A stretch of DNA of 64,000 bases from Spirochaetia bacterium (lineage in GTDB: Bacteria > Spirochaetota > Spirochaetia > SZUA-6 > Bin103), in the NCBI GenBank assembly GCA_965203515.1, contig OZ241907.1, positions 2,848,001-2,912,000 of the forward strand, given 5' to 3'. Shown in pieces: positions 55,411 through 64,000 of this stretch; position 1 is the first letter of the stretch; each line of letters opens with the position of its first letter. The notes under the pieces were generated by a model. The model saw nothing but the letters and a program-made list of their open reading frames with translations, was not told the DNA's origin and did no database searches. The translations under genes were made by a program, and so were the position numbers.

Positions 55411-56405
55411 GCAACGGCGGCACCGGCGTCGAACACCTTCTGGAAGTGAGGAATCTGGTCAAGTACTACCCCGTCACCGCCGGCGTGCTGCGCCGCAAGG
55501 TGGGCGACGTCAAGGCGGTGGACGGGATCAGCTTTGCCATCGAGCCGGGCGAAACCCTGGGACTGGTGGGCGAGAGCGGCTGCGGCAAGACCACCACCGG
55601 GCGCTGCATCCTGCAACTGCAGGAGATCACCTTCGGCGAGGTGATGTTTCAGGGGCAGGATCTGACGCGGATGAAGGGCGAGGCGCTGCGCCGCATGCGG
55701 CGCCACATGCAGCTCATCTTCCAGGATCCATTTGCCTCCCTCGACCCGCGCATGACCGCCGGCAACATCGTCGGCGAGCCGTTGCGCGTGCACGACATCG
55801 CCCGGGGAAAGCGGTATCGGCAACAGGTCTCGGAACTGCTGAGCATGGTGGAACTGTCGCCCACCGTCGCGGGCCGCTATCCGCACGAATTCAGCGGCGG
55901 CCAGCGCCAGCGCCTGGGGATCGCGCGCGCGCTGGCGGTGCGGCCGGCGTTCATCGTGTGCGACGAACCGGTATCGGCTCTCGACGTCTCGATTCAGGCG
56001 CAGATCATCACGCTGCTGATGCGGCTGCGCGCGGAGTTCAATCTCACCTACCTGTTCATCGCGCACGACTTGGCGGTGGTGCGCAACATCAGCGACCGGG
56101 TGGCGGTGATGTATCTCGGCAAGATCATGGAAATCACCACCAGCGATCGGCTGTACGACGAACCGCTGCATCCCTACACCATCTCGCTGCTGTCCGCGGT
56201 GCCGATTCCCGATCCGATGGTAGACCGCACCCGGGAGCGGATCATCCTGAAGGGAGACGTGCCGAGCCCGATGAATCCGCCGAGCGGCTGCGCGTTTCAC
56301 ACCCGCTGCCCGCACGCGGAGGAGATCTGCAAGCGCCAGGTGCCCGAGCTGAAGCCGACCGGTCCCGACCACTGGACCGCCTGCCATCTCGTCGAGGCGT
56401 CCTGA
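55407..56405 (+). CDS. Peptide ABC transporter ATP-binding protein (OppF/DppF-like)
   Basis: [35 protein letters not shown]. Confidence 0.93.
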   Translation: MSNGGTGVEHLLEVRNLVKYYPVTAGVLRRKVGDVKAVDGISFAIEPGETLGLVGESGCGKTTTGRCILQLQEITFGEVMFQGQDLTRMKGEALRRMRRHMQLIFQDPFASLDPRMTAGNIVGEPLRVHDIARGKRYRQQVSELLSMVELSPTVAGRYPHEFSGGQRQRLGIARALAVRPAFIVCDEPVSALDVSIQAQIITLLMRLRAEFNLTYLFIAHDLAVVRNISDRVAVMYLGKIMEITTSDRLYDEPLHPYTISLLSAVPIPDPMVDRTRERIILKGDVPSPMNPPSGCAFHTRCPHAEEICKRQVPELKPTGPDHWTACHLVEAS

Positions 56406-56427
56406 TCGCGCCATCCGTCGAACCGTC

Positions 56428-57387
56428 GTGAAGGGCAAGCGCGCGGCGCCGACGCTCAATCTGCCGCAGGTCGTGATCCTGGTCGTGGTGGTGGCCCTGA
56501 TCGTGGGCGGGGCGGCCGGCTTCGCCATCTATCGGGACCGGGTCAAGCCGTTGCGAACCAAGGTGTTGATCGTCGACGACACGTCGGTCGAGATGCGCTA
56601 TTTCCTGAAGCGGGTGCGCATGTACGGACGCGAACCGCTGGAGGTGCTCCAGCTCCTGACCCGGGAGCTGATCATCGCGCAGGCGGCGGTACATCCTCCC
56701 TACGACATCGAAGTGACGGATCAGGACGTCGAAGATTACCTGCGCGACAGCGCGCGCGCCGGCGCCGCTTCGATCACCGACGAAGAGGTGAGGGAATGGT
56801 ATCGGCAGGCGCTCAACGACAGCGATCTCGATGATGCCGAGTTCCGCGAACTGATGCGCCGCAACCTGCTCGCGCTGCGCATGGCGGAGTATCTCGGCGA
56901 ACGGATGCCGACGGTGGTGGAGCAGGTGCGTCTCTACGTGATCGTCCTTGCCACCCCGGAGGCGGGGACCGGCGTCGTGGCTCAGCTCGAAGCGGGAGCC
57001 GACTTTCTAGAGCTGGCGCGCAGCGAAGCGAACGCCGATGAACGGCTGCGCGCCAAGGGCGGCGACCTGGGCTGGCTGCCCCGGCAGGCGATGCGGCCGG
57101 AACTCGCCGCCGTGTTCGACCTGCCGGTCGGTCAGCCGAGCCGTATGCTGGCGCTCGGCGCCAACGCCTATGCCGTAGCGATGGTGGGCGAGCGCGCCGA
57201 GGCGCGGGAGATGGAGCCGAAGGCGCGAGAGGCGGCCAAGGCCGCTGCGCTCACCGCCTGGTTCGACCGGGAGTACCCGTACCATAACGTGGAGATACAC
57301 GGCTTCACCAACGGTTACGACACCGAGACCGACCTGTGGGTGAAGTGGCAACTCCAGCGCATGGCTCGTCCCGGCCAAGGCTCCTGA
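56428..57387 (+). CDS. PpiC/SurA-type peptidyl-prolyl isomerase / foldase
   Basis: N-terminal TM; GADFLELAR, GGDLGWLP. Confidence 0.8.
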   Translation: MKGKRAAPTLNLPQVVILVVVVALIVGGAAGFAIYRDRVKPLRTKVLIVDDTSVEMRYFLKRVRMYGREPLEVLQLLTRELIIAQAAVHPPYDIEVTDQDVEDYLRDSARAGAASITDEEVREWYRQALNDSDLDDAEFRELMRRNLLALRMAEYLGERMPTVVEQVRLYVIVLATPEAGTGVVAQLEAGADFLELARSEANADERLRAKGGDLGWLPRQAMRPELAAVFDLPVGQPSRMLALGANAYAVAMVGERAEAREMEPKAREAAKAAALTAWFDREYPYHNVEIHGFTNGYDTETDLWVKWQLQRMARPGQGS

Positions 57388-57531
57388 GAACCGGCCGGCG
57401 GGTCAGATCGAAAGCTCGGCGCCGGCAGCTACCTGATCCCAGTCGATCGGCAGCCCGGGGCCGTCCAGAAATATCAGGTCAGCATCAGCCCTGCCCGGCC
57501 CGATGACCGCGCGACGGGTGAGGCACGGCCG

Positions 57532-58317
57532 TCACCGCGGCGCGCCGTCCATCAGCGCGTCGAACTCGTCGGCCGACAGGAGATTGTCGTCCCGGTCGAG
57601 CTGGTAGGCGATCGCGTAGGCGCCGCGGTTGACGCCGCTCAGGTTCGGCTCGCCGCGGTGCCACGTGTAGTTCGTGAAGAAGTACGCGTCACCCGGTCCG
57701 CCGGGGATGAGCTCCTCGCGGGCATCGTCCACCACCTCCAGGGCGATCCGCTTGCGCTGGTACTTGGCGCCGTCTCGGCCGTGCTGGGGCACCTGATCCC
57801 AGTACAGCTCGTGGTACTGTATCCGCCCGCGCGCATGCGTGCCCGGCAGGAACCCGAGCGCGATGGCGTCCCGCTCCACCCGATCGAGCGCGATCCAGCA
57901 GTTGAGACACACCTGCGGCCGCAGCTTCCAGTAGAAGCAGTCCTGGTGGTAGAAGCTGCGCCCGGCCCGGTAGACCGCCGGCTTGAAGATCGTCTGGTCG
58001 GTATAGCGCTTGACCGGTCCGCCGAGCAACGCCTCCATGGCGCCGACCAGCCGGGGATGCCCGGTGAAGTCGTCGAAGACCGCCTCGATCATGGACGGCA
58101 GTTGCAACGACCCGGACCGGTAGTTGCCGCCGGGCGTGTCCCGGTTCTCGGGGTCCCAGCTCTGCAGATGCCGGTTCGGCCAGCCGTAGTCGTGACGGCC
58201 GTCCCAGAGCTCCTCCATCCGCGCCCGCACCGGCCCGGTCTCCGCTTCGGTGAACAATCCGCGAACGACGCAGTAGCCGTCGCGATCGAGCTGCCGCTTG
58301 TGCGCTTCCGTGATCAT
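57532..58317 (-). CDS. Phytanoyl-CoA dioxygenase (PhyH) family protein
   Basis: DGYCVV, FKP, HQD..YW, CWIALD, PGTH, WHRGEPNLS..NR; AAGGAGG RBS. Confidence 0.9.
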   Translation of the reverse strand: MITEAHKRQLDRDGYCVVRGLFTEAETGPVRARMEELWDGRHDYGWPNRHLQSWDPENRDTPGGNYRSGSLQLPSMIEAVFDDFTGHPRLVGAMEALLGGPVKRYTDQTIFKPAVYRAGRSFYHQDCFYWKLRPQVCLNCWIALDRVERDAIALGFLPGTHARGRIQYHELYWDQVPQHGRDGAKYQRKRIALEVVDDAREELIPGGPGDAYFFTNYTWHRGEPNLSGVNRGAYAIAYQLDRDDNLLSADEFDALMDGAPR

Positions 58318-58367
58318 GATGCCCTCCTTCGGCGTGTGCCCGGCGTCCGTATCAGCGGCGATTGCCA

Positions 58368-59618
58368 TCATCGGTTCCTCCCGTATCCCATCTCGTTCCA
58401 AATCTCCTTGGCCCGCGCCGTCGCCTCGGGCGTCGGCTCCCGATCCGCCATGATACTGGGCGGCGCATCCGGGGGCTCGGCGCCTCCCGGCCACGGCGAC
58501 CACGTGTCATGCTGGTGCCGCGCCCTCTGGTTCTCGTCGGCAAAGTCGGGGACCTCGACCGGTTGGCCATGCTGCAGCGCGCTCCTCCACGCCAGGATGC
58601 CGACCGAGCTCATCGCCACCGCCCGATATACGTCCAGGAACGGTTGCGCACCCGACCTGATCGCCCGCGCGAAGTGGTGGCTGGTCCAGAAGTCCCCGCC
58701 CCCGTGGCCCGCCCGCTCGGCCGACTCGGCGTGCTCCGGCCATTCGGGAAGATACGAGCGCTCCAGCGGCTGATCGGGCCAGCGGTTCCACGGCTCGTGC
58801 CAGACCCGCACCTGCCCCGGTCCGAAGTAGCCGGGGCCGCGGGCGATCTCCATCGCCCCGCGCGTGCCGTGCACGCGGTACCAGTTGCTATGCCCCGGCA
58901 GCACCAGACCGAAGATGCGGAACACGGAGCCGTCGTCCATCCGGCACAGGATCACCGAACCGGGATCGCCGCGGCGCATGGTGAGATCGCCGACCTCCGG
59001 CGCGGCGATGGAGAGCGCGTTGACGGCCCGCGGCATCGATCCGGTGACGTACGTCAGCGGCGCCAGCGCATGGGTGCAGTAGTAGGTCGACGGCAGCCAG
59101 TTGCGCCAGTGATGCCTGCCGGGAGCCAGACGCAGCCGTACGTCGGGCGCCATGGGGTGGTTGTACTCGCCCTCCGCATAGGTCACCTGGCCGATCTCCC
59201 CCGTGCGGTAGAGCCGGCGCAGCTCCTGGCTGAAGACCGTATAGCAGTAGTTCTCGGCGAGCATGTAGATGCGGCCCGAGCGCTCCACCGCCCGGCAGAG
59301 CGCCACGCCCTCGGCGATCGTGCCGTTGGCCGACGTCTCGCTCAGCACGTGCTTGCCGGCTTCCAACGCCTTGATCGCGAACGGCGCGTGCTGGTGGAAG
59401 TAATTGGCCAGTATCACCGCATCCAGGTCGTACTCCAGAAAGGCGTCGTACTCGGTGAAGGCGGCGACCCCGTAGGCGCGGCCGGCCGCCCGCAGGCGCT
59501 CCTCCCACACGTCGCAGATGGCGACCAGCGTCATCCCCACCGCCTCCGCGGCGCCCTTGATGAAGCTCTCGCCGCGGCGCACGCCGACCACCCCGACCCG
59601 TATCTCACCGTCACGCAC
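58368..59618 (-). CDS. Gfo/Idh/MocA family oxidoreductase
   Basis: VGVVG, AGKHVLSE, LAENYCY, GHGGGDF. Confidence 0.9.
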   Translation of the reverse strand: MRDGEIRVGVVGVRRGESFIKGAAEAVGMTLVAICDVWEERLRAAGRAYGVAAFTEYDAFLEYDLDAVILANYFHQHAPFAIKALEAGKHVLSETSANGTIAEGVALCRAVERSGRIYMLAENYCYTVFSQELRRLYRTGEIGQVTYAEGEYNHPMAPDVRLRLAPGRHHWRNWLPSTYYCTHALAPLTYVTGSMPRAVNALSIAAPEVGDLTMRRGDPGSVILCRMDDGSVFRIFGLVLPGHSNWYRVHGTRGAMEIARGPGYFGPGQVRVWHEPWNRWPDQPLERSYLPEWPEHAESAERAGHGGGDFWTSHHFARAIRSGAQPFLDVYRAVAMSSVGILAWRSALQHGQPVEVPDFADENQRARHQHDTWSPWPGGAEPPDAPPSIMADREPTPEATARAKEIWNEMGYGRNR

Positions 59619-60807
59619 GGCGCTCTCCCCGACTCGAGGGCGTGCCGCCCCAGTCCGGGACCTCCAACACCTCGCCGTCGCGCAACGCCGACTTGTGGGC
59701 GATCACGCCGGGCGCCATGTAGCGCACCGCCTCCCAGACGTCGATCGCCGGGCTGCGGTCGCGCGCCACCGCGTCGACGAACTCGTGCACCAGGTAGGCA
59801 TGCGACCCGCCGTGGCCGCCGTAGACGTCCGATCCGGTGCCGTCCCGGTACGCCTGCGCCACCTCGTCCGGAAGCGGATCGCGCATCTGTTCCACCGGAA
59901 CCGGGGCGGCCCCTTCCAGGTCGACCCAGGTCATGTCCTTGTAGGTCGCGCGGGTGCCGAAGACCCGAAAGGTCTCGGTCTCGTGATGGCCGACCTGCCG
60001 GTACTCGCAGATGCGGCAGACGGCGTCGTTGGACATCCGAAACTGCGCGGTCTCATTGCTGAACTCGTCGCCATGGAACGGATCGCCGCCGGGGTCCCGG
60101 TAGCCCAGGCAGCTCACCTTGACCATGTGAGCGCCCATCACCGAGATCGGCCCGCAGGTCGAATGAGTCGGATAGTGCATCGGGCCGGAGATCAGGCCGC
60201 GGCGGTGGTACTCCGCCTCCAGCCGCTGCCACTCCGCGCCCGCCTTGCCGGTCAGCCGGCGCCGCTTGACCTCCCGCAGATTGCTGCGCGGGTCCTCCAC
60301 GTCGTGGAAGTACTCGCCCTCCGCATAGACGAACCGGCCGAACGCGCCCGCCGCGCTCCGGCGCCGGCAATACATCGTTTCCGGTCGATAGAACGTGGTC
60401 TCACCGAGCATGTAGTGGAGCCCGGTCCGCTCCACCGCCCGCACCAGACGATCGCACCACTCCAGGATCTCGTCGCCGTCCGGCACCATGATGATCGGCA
60501 CGGCGCTGTAGACGTGCTTGCCGGATTCCAGCGCGGCGATCGCCTGCGGGGCATGCAGCCACGGCTGCGTGATGATCGCCACCGCGTCGAGGTCGGCCGC
60601 GCACAGCTCGTCCAGGGAGCCGTACGCGTCGGCAGACGTGAACTTGTCCCGGAACGACGGGTCGCGGGCGAAGCGGTCGATGCGCTCCGGCTCGCGGTCG
60701 CACAGGGCGATGCGATCGACCTGCGGGTGGAGCTTGAACAGACGGGCGAAGGTGGAGCCGAACGCACCGAGCCCGACGATTCCCAGGGAAATACCCACTA
60801 TCCTCAA
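59611..60807 (-). CDS. Gfo/Idh/MocA family oxidoreductase
   Basis: GIVGLGAFG, GKHVYSAVP, HYPTHS, GGHGGSH; start may be GTG 60798. Confidence 0.9.
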   Translation of the reverse strand: MRIVGISLGIVGLGAFGSTFARLFKLHPQVDRIALCDREPERIDRFARDPSFRDKFTSADAYGSLDELCAADLDAVAIITQPWLHAPQAIAALESGKHVYSAVPIIMVPDGDEILEWCDRLVRAVERTGLHYMLGETTFYRPETMYCRRRSAAGAFGRFVYAEGEYFHDVEDPRSNLREVKRRRLTGKAGAEWQRLEAEYHRRGLISGPMHYPTHSTCGPISVMGAHMVKVSCLGYRDPGGDPFHGDEFSNETAQFRMSNDAVCRICEYRQVGHHETETFRVFGTRATYKDMTWVDLEGAAPVPVEQMRDPLPDEVAQAYRDGTGSDVYGGHGGSHAYLVHEFVDAVARDRSPAIDVWEAVRYMAPGVIAHKSALRDGEVLEVPDWGGTPSSRGERRA

Positions 60808-60903
60808 ACCTCCTCTGTCAGAGCGCGGCAGGCGGGCCGCTGCCCGCCTGCCCGCTCGCGCGAAAAATCGATCCGCGTCGGATCGGCGGATCGGCCGGCT
60901 CCC

Positions 60904-62481
60904 TTACGTGCCGATCAGCTCTCCGTACCGCTCGTACTGCTGCTGCCGCACGGCGATCACATCCTGCGCGCCAAGCCGGTTCAATCCGTCGACGAACTCG
61001 TCGAACTTGCTCAGCGGCTCCTGGCCGGTGACGAACTTGTCGAACCACTCCGTCTTGTACGTATTCAGGTCGGTCTGCAGGCGGTTCAGCACCTCCTGCT
61101 CGTCGAGCGTCGGCCGCACCTGCGGAAACGACGGCGCCTTGTAGTACTTCTGGTAGGCGTCGTTGTTGTCCAGCACCCACTGAGGATTGCGGAAATCCCA
61201 CGCATAGGCCCACTGCAGGTGGGCGTACGGCGGCTGGCTGCCGCCGATCTCGCGCAGCCGCGCATCGAACGGCTTCTCCTCGGTGCCGATCGTCTCGATC
61301 TCGCCGTCGACGATCCGGTAGCTGTCGCCCAGGATGCCGAAGTTCTGCAGCATCAGCGCTTCCTCGCTGTTGCGGATGAAGTCGATCCAGTGCATGGCCA
61401 CTTCAGGCATCGTGGAGTCCTTGGTGATCGCCATCTGGTCGCCGCCGTAGATCTCGCGCTTCACGAAGAACTTGTCGCCGTACGGCCCTTCGATCGGCGG
61501 TCCGTTCTCGAAGATCGGGATCGACCCGTCGGGCTTGCCGGCGGGATGGGCGCCCGAGTAGATGCGGGAGAACGTGGTCCACACGCTGATCAACCCGACC
61601 TGATCGTTGGAGACCTTCTCCAGGGTCTCGGTCCAACTGTCGGTGGCGTACGCCTTGTCGAGCAGCCCCTCCGCATAGAGCTGGTTCAACCAGGTGAGGT
61701 ATTCCTTCATGCGCGGACTCTGGAAGATCCAGTAGACCTGACCGTCGTCGTCGACCAGGTATTCGGAGACGATCGAGTACTCGAACCCGTAGAGGTTGCC
61801 CAGATACCGCAGGTAGCCGCGGCCGGCCGCCGGCGTCAGCGGAATCTCGTCCTGTTGGCCGTTGCCGTTGGGGTCGTCGTCCCGGAACAGCCGCAGCGCC
61901 GTCATCATGTCGGCCTGCGTCTCCGGCATCTCCGGGATGCCGACCGCGTCGAGCCACGGCCGGTTCCACAGCGGGCCGAACGACAGGTAGTGCGGCAGCA
62001 CGTAGTTGCCCACGCCGTAGATGTTCCCGTCGGGGCTGGTGTCCAGGATCTTGTAGATGCCGTTGTTGCCGGTGTTCCACCACTTGTTGATGTTGGGCGC
62101 GTATTCCTCCAGCAGATCGTTGAGCGGGATGATCAGGCCGTCGCGGCCGTGCTGGCCGATGTCCCCCAGCAGCGACATGTTGATCACGTCCGGGAGATTG
62201 ACGCCGGCGGCGAGGCGCGCCTTCATCACTTCCGCGTAGTTCTTTACCTGGATGTTCTCCCACTCGATGTGTACGCCGCTGAGCCGCTCCAGCTCCTGGT
62301 ACACCGGCAGGTCGTTGCTGGCGGGCGCCAGGGAGGCAGCCCAGCCGGTGTGGGTTGCCACTTGCAGGGTTGGAAGCTCGTCGGGCGCCGCCGCTTCCTC
62401 CGTGCCCGCGCCAAAGGCGCCGGCGGCCACCAGGGCAAGCGCCGCTCCCAGGACGGCCATCCTCGATATGTGCATGTGCAT
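60904..62481 (-). CDS. Carbohydrate ABC transporter substrate-binding protein (LplA-like)
   Basis: Signal ...GAFGAGTEE; LPD, PLNDLLEEYAPN, DPNGNG..DEIP. Confidence 0.9.
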   Translation of the reverse strand: MHMHISRMAVLGAALALVAAGAFGAGTEEAAAPDELPTLQVATHTGWAASLAPASNDLPVYQELERLSGVHIEWENIQVKNYAEVMKARLAAGVNLPDVINMSLLGDIGQHGRDGLIIPLNDLLEEYAPNINKWWNTGNNGIYKILDTSPDGNIYGVGNYVLPHYLSFGPLWNRPWLDAVGIPEMPETQADMMTALRLFRDDDPNGNGQQDEIPLTPAAGRGYLRYLGNLYGFEYSIVSEYLVDDDGQVYWIFQSPRMKEYLTWLNQLYAEGLLDKAYATDSWTETLEKVSNDQVGLISVWTTFSRIYSGAHPAGKPDGSIPIFENGPPIEGPYGDKFFVKREIYGGDQMAITKDSTMPEVAMHWIDFIRNSEEALMLQNFGILGDSYRIVDGEIETIGTEEKPFDARLREIGGSQPPYAHLQWAYAWDFRNPQWVLDNNDAYQKYYKAPSFPQVRPTLDEQEVLNRLQTDLNTYKTEWFDKFVTGQEPLSKFDEFVDGLNRLGAQDVIAVRQQQYERYGELIGT

Positions 62482-62569
62482 GTCGTTCTCCTTCCTTCGC
62501 TCCGTCGTTCGGTGGTTCTCGACAGGTCCACCAACCAGCCAAGCCGGCCGCCTTCCCGACGGCCGAAAT

Positions 62570-63472
62570 CTATCCCTTCAGGGCGCCGATCAGCATGCCT
62601 TTGACGAAATACCTCTGCAGGAACGGATACAGCAGCAGGATCGGCAGCACCGCCACGATCATCACCGCGAACTTGATCTGCACCATCGCCATGATGCCTT
62701 CCCCCGCCTCGCCGGTCTCGAACTGCTGCACCGCCTCCGGCGACGCCTGGATCAGCACCCGGCGCAGATAGAGCTGGATCGGCTGCAGGTCGACCTTCGG
62801 CAGATAGAGCAGGGCCGGGAGGAAGCCGTTCCAGTGGTCCACGCCGTAGAGCAGCACCAGCACGGCGATGATCGGCTTGGACAGGGGCGCCACGATCTTA
62901 TAGACGATCCGCCACTCTCCCGCGCCTTCGATGCGGGCGCACTCGAACAGGTCCTCCGGCAGGCCCTGAAAGAAGGTGCGGCAGATGATCAGGTTGAAGG
63001 TGGCGATCAGCGGCGGGATCACGATCGCCCAGCGCGTGGCGTAGAGCCCCAGCTTGACCACCAGCACGAACAGCGGGATCAATCCGCCGGAAAAGAACAT
63101 GGTGAGTACGAACAGGAACATCAGCACGCGGCGCGCCGAGAAGTTGCGCTTGGACAGCGGATAGGCGGCCATCATCGTGAAGACCACGTTCAGCGTCGTG
63201 CCTACGCCGGTATACCAGATCGTGTTGTAGTAGCTGCGCAGCACGACCGGATCGTTGAGCACGGTGCGGTAGGCGTCCAGGCTGAACCCCTTCGGCAGCA
63301 GAAAGACCTCTCGCCGCACCACCGCCACGGGATCGCTGATCGACATGCTGAGCACGAACACGAACGGATAGAGCGTGATCACGAAGGCGAATGCCACGCC
63401 CACGTAGACGACGGCATCGACGACCACGTCCTCGACCGTGAGCGCCCTCCGCACGCCGATCCTCCCCGTCAT
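62570..63472 (-). CDS. Carbohydrate ABC transporter permease
   Basis: FFSGGLIP, EAA-like ECARIEGA, YPFLQRYFVKG. Confidence 0.93.
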   Translation of the reverse strand: MTGRIGVRRALTVEDVVVDAVVYVGVAFAFVITLYPFVFVLSMSISDPVAVVRREVFLLPKGFSLDAYRTVLNDPVVLRSYYNTIWYTGVGTTLNVVFTMMAAYPLSKRNFSARRVLMFLFVLTMFFSGGLIPLFVLVVKLGLYATRWAIVIPPLIATFNLIICRTFFQGLPEDLFECARIEGAGEWRIVYKIVAPLSKPIIAVLVLLYGVDHWNGFLPALLYLPKVDLQPIQLYLRRVLIQASPEAVQQFETGEAGEGIMAMVQIKFAVMIVAVLPILLLYPFLQRYFVKGMLIGALKG

Positions 63473-63479
63473 GGCGATG

Positions 63480-64000
63480 TCACCAGAGCGCCGTGTCCGT
63501 ATAGCGCCGCGCCAGCCGGTTGAAGACGACCAGGAATCCCAGGTTTATGACGTTCTTGAACAAACCCACCGCGGACGCGAAGCCGTACTTGCTGTCGATG
63601 ATGCCGCGGCGGTAGACGTAGGTGTCGATCACGTCGGCCACCTCATAGGTGGCCGGGGTGTACATGAGCAGGATCTTCGGCCAGTTCACCGACATGGCTT
63701 GCCCGACGCTCAGGATGAGCAGGATGACGATGATCGACGCCATCCCGGGGATGGTGACGAAGCGGATCCGCTGGATGCGAGAGGCGCCGTCCACCTCCGC
63801 GGCGTCGTACAGCTCCTGGCTGATGCCGGCGATGGCGGCCAGGTAGATGATCGAGACGAAGCCGAACGACTGCCAGATGCCGGAGCCGATGTAGAGCGGC
63901 CGGAACCAGCTCTGCAGGCCCAGGAAGTTGATCGGCTCGCCGCCCAGCGACTTGATGACGATGTTGACGATGCCGTTGTTGGGCGACAGGAAGGTGACCA
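63480..64000 (-). CDS. Carbohydrate ABC transporter permease (LplB-like; 5' truncated by window edge)
   Basis: YLAAIAGISQELYDAAEVDGASR, DVIDTYVY, ASAVGLF. Confidence 0.9.
   Translation of the reverse strand, partial: VTFLSPNNGIVNIVIKSLGGEPINFLGLQSWFRPLYIGSGIWQSFGFVSIIYLAAIAGISQELYDAAEVDGASRIQRIRFVTIPGMASIIVILLILSVGQAMSVNWPKILLMYTPATYEVADVIDTYVYRRGIIDSKYGFASAVGLFKNVINLGFLVVFNRLARRYTDTALW

Noticed and set aside
57390..57530. Possible gene remnant on the minus strand (…DGPGLPIDWDQV…)
   Set aside because: Too short, no start, similarity not verifiable

Overview
High-GC bacterial chromosomal window. The solute-binding-protein leaders and the many sulfatase, PhyH, Gfo/Idh/MocA and ABC genes suggest a Spirochaetota-like heterotroph, possibly host-associated (inference only). 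About 1-19.6 kb is a defence-island-like region. It holds a GNAT gene and a PLD-SNF2 helicase that share a duplicated ~122-bp promoter/leader, a Type IIG-like N6-adenine methylase, a nucleoside-deoxyribosyltransferase/TIR-like gene, tandem coiled-coil/PD-(D/E)XK genes with variable 7/11-residue repeat tracts (a fourth, inverted copy lies at 23.5 kb), a 50-codon ORF coupled to an McrB/McrC-like pair, and an XPB helicase pair. The middle carries catabolic and housekeeping genes, including an in-frame NUDIX-ThyX fusion joined by an 18-bp tandem repeat and a fused ABC-ATPase/TOPRIM-like (PARIS/OLD-like) gene. A lower-GC islet at 46.9-50.4 kb encodes an N4/N6 methylase and a frameshifted NotI-family endonuclease. 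The rest is ABC transporters and oxidoreductases. No rRNA, tRNA, CRISPR array, integrase or transposase was recognised. All family calls come from motif recognition by eye, not database searches.
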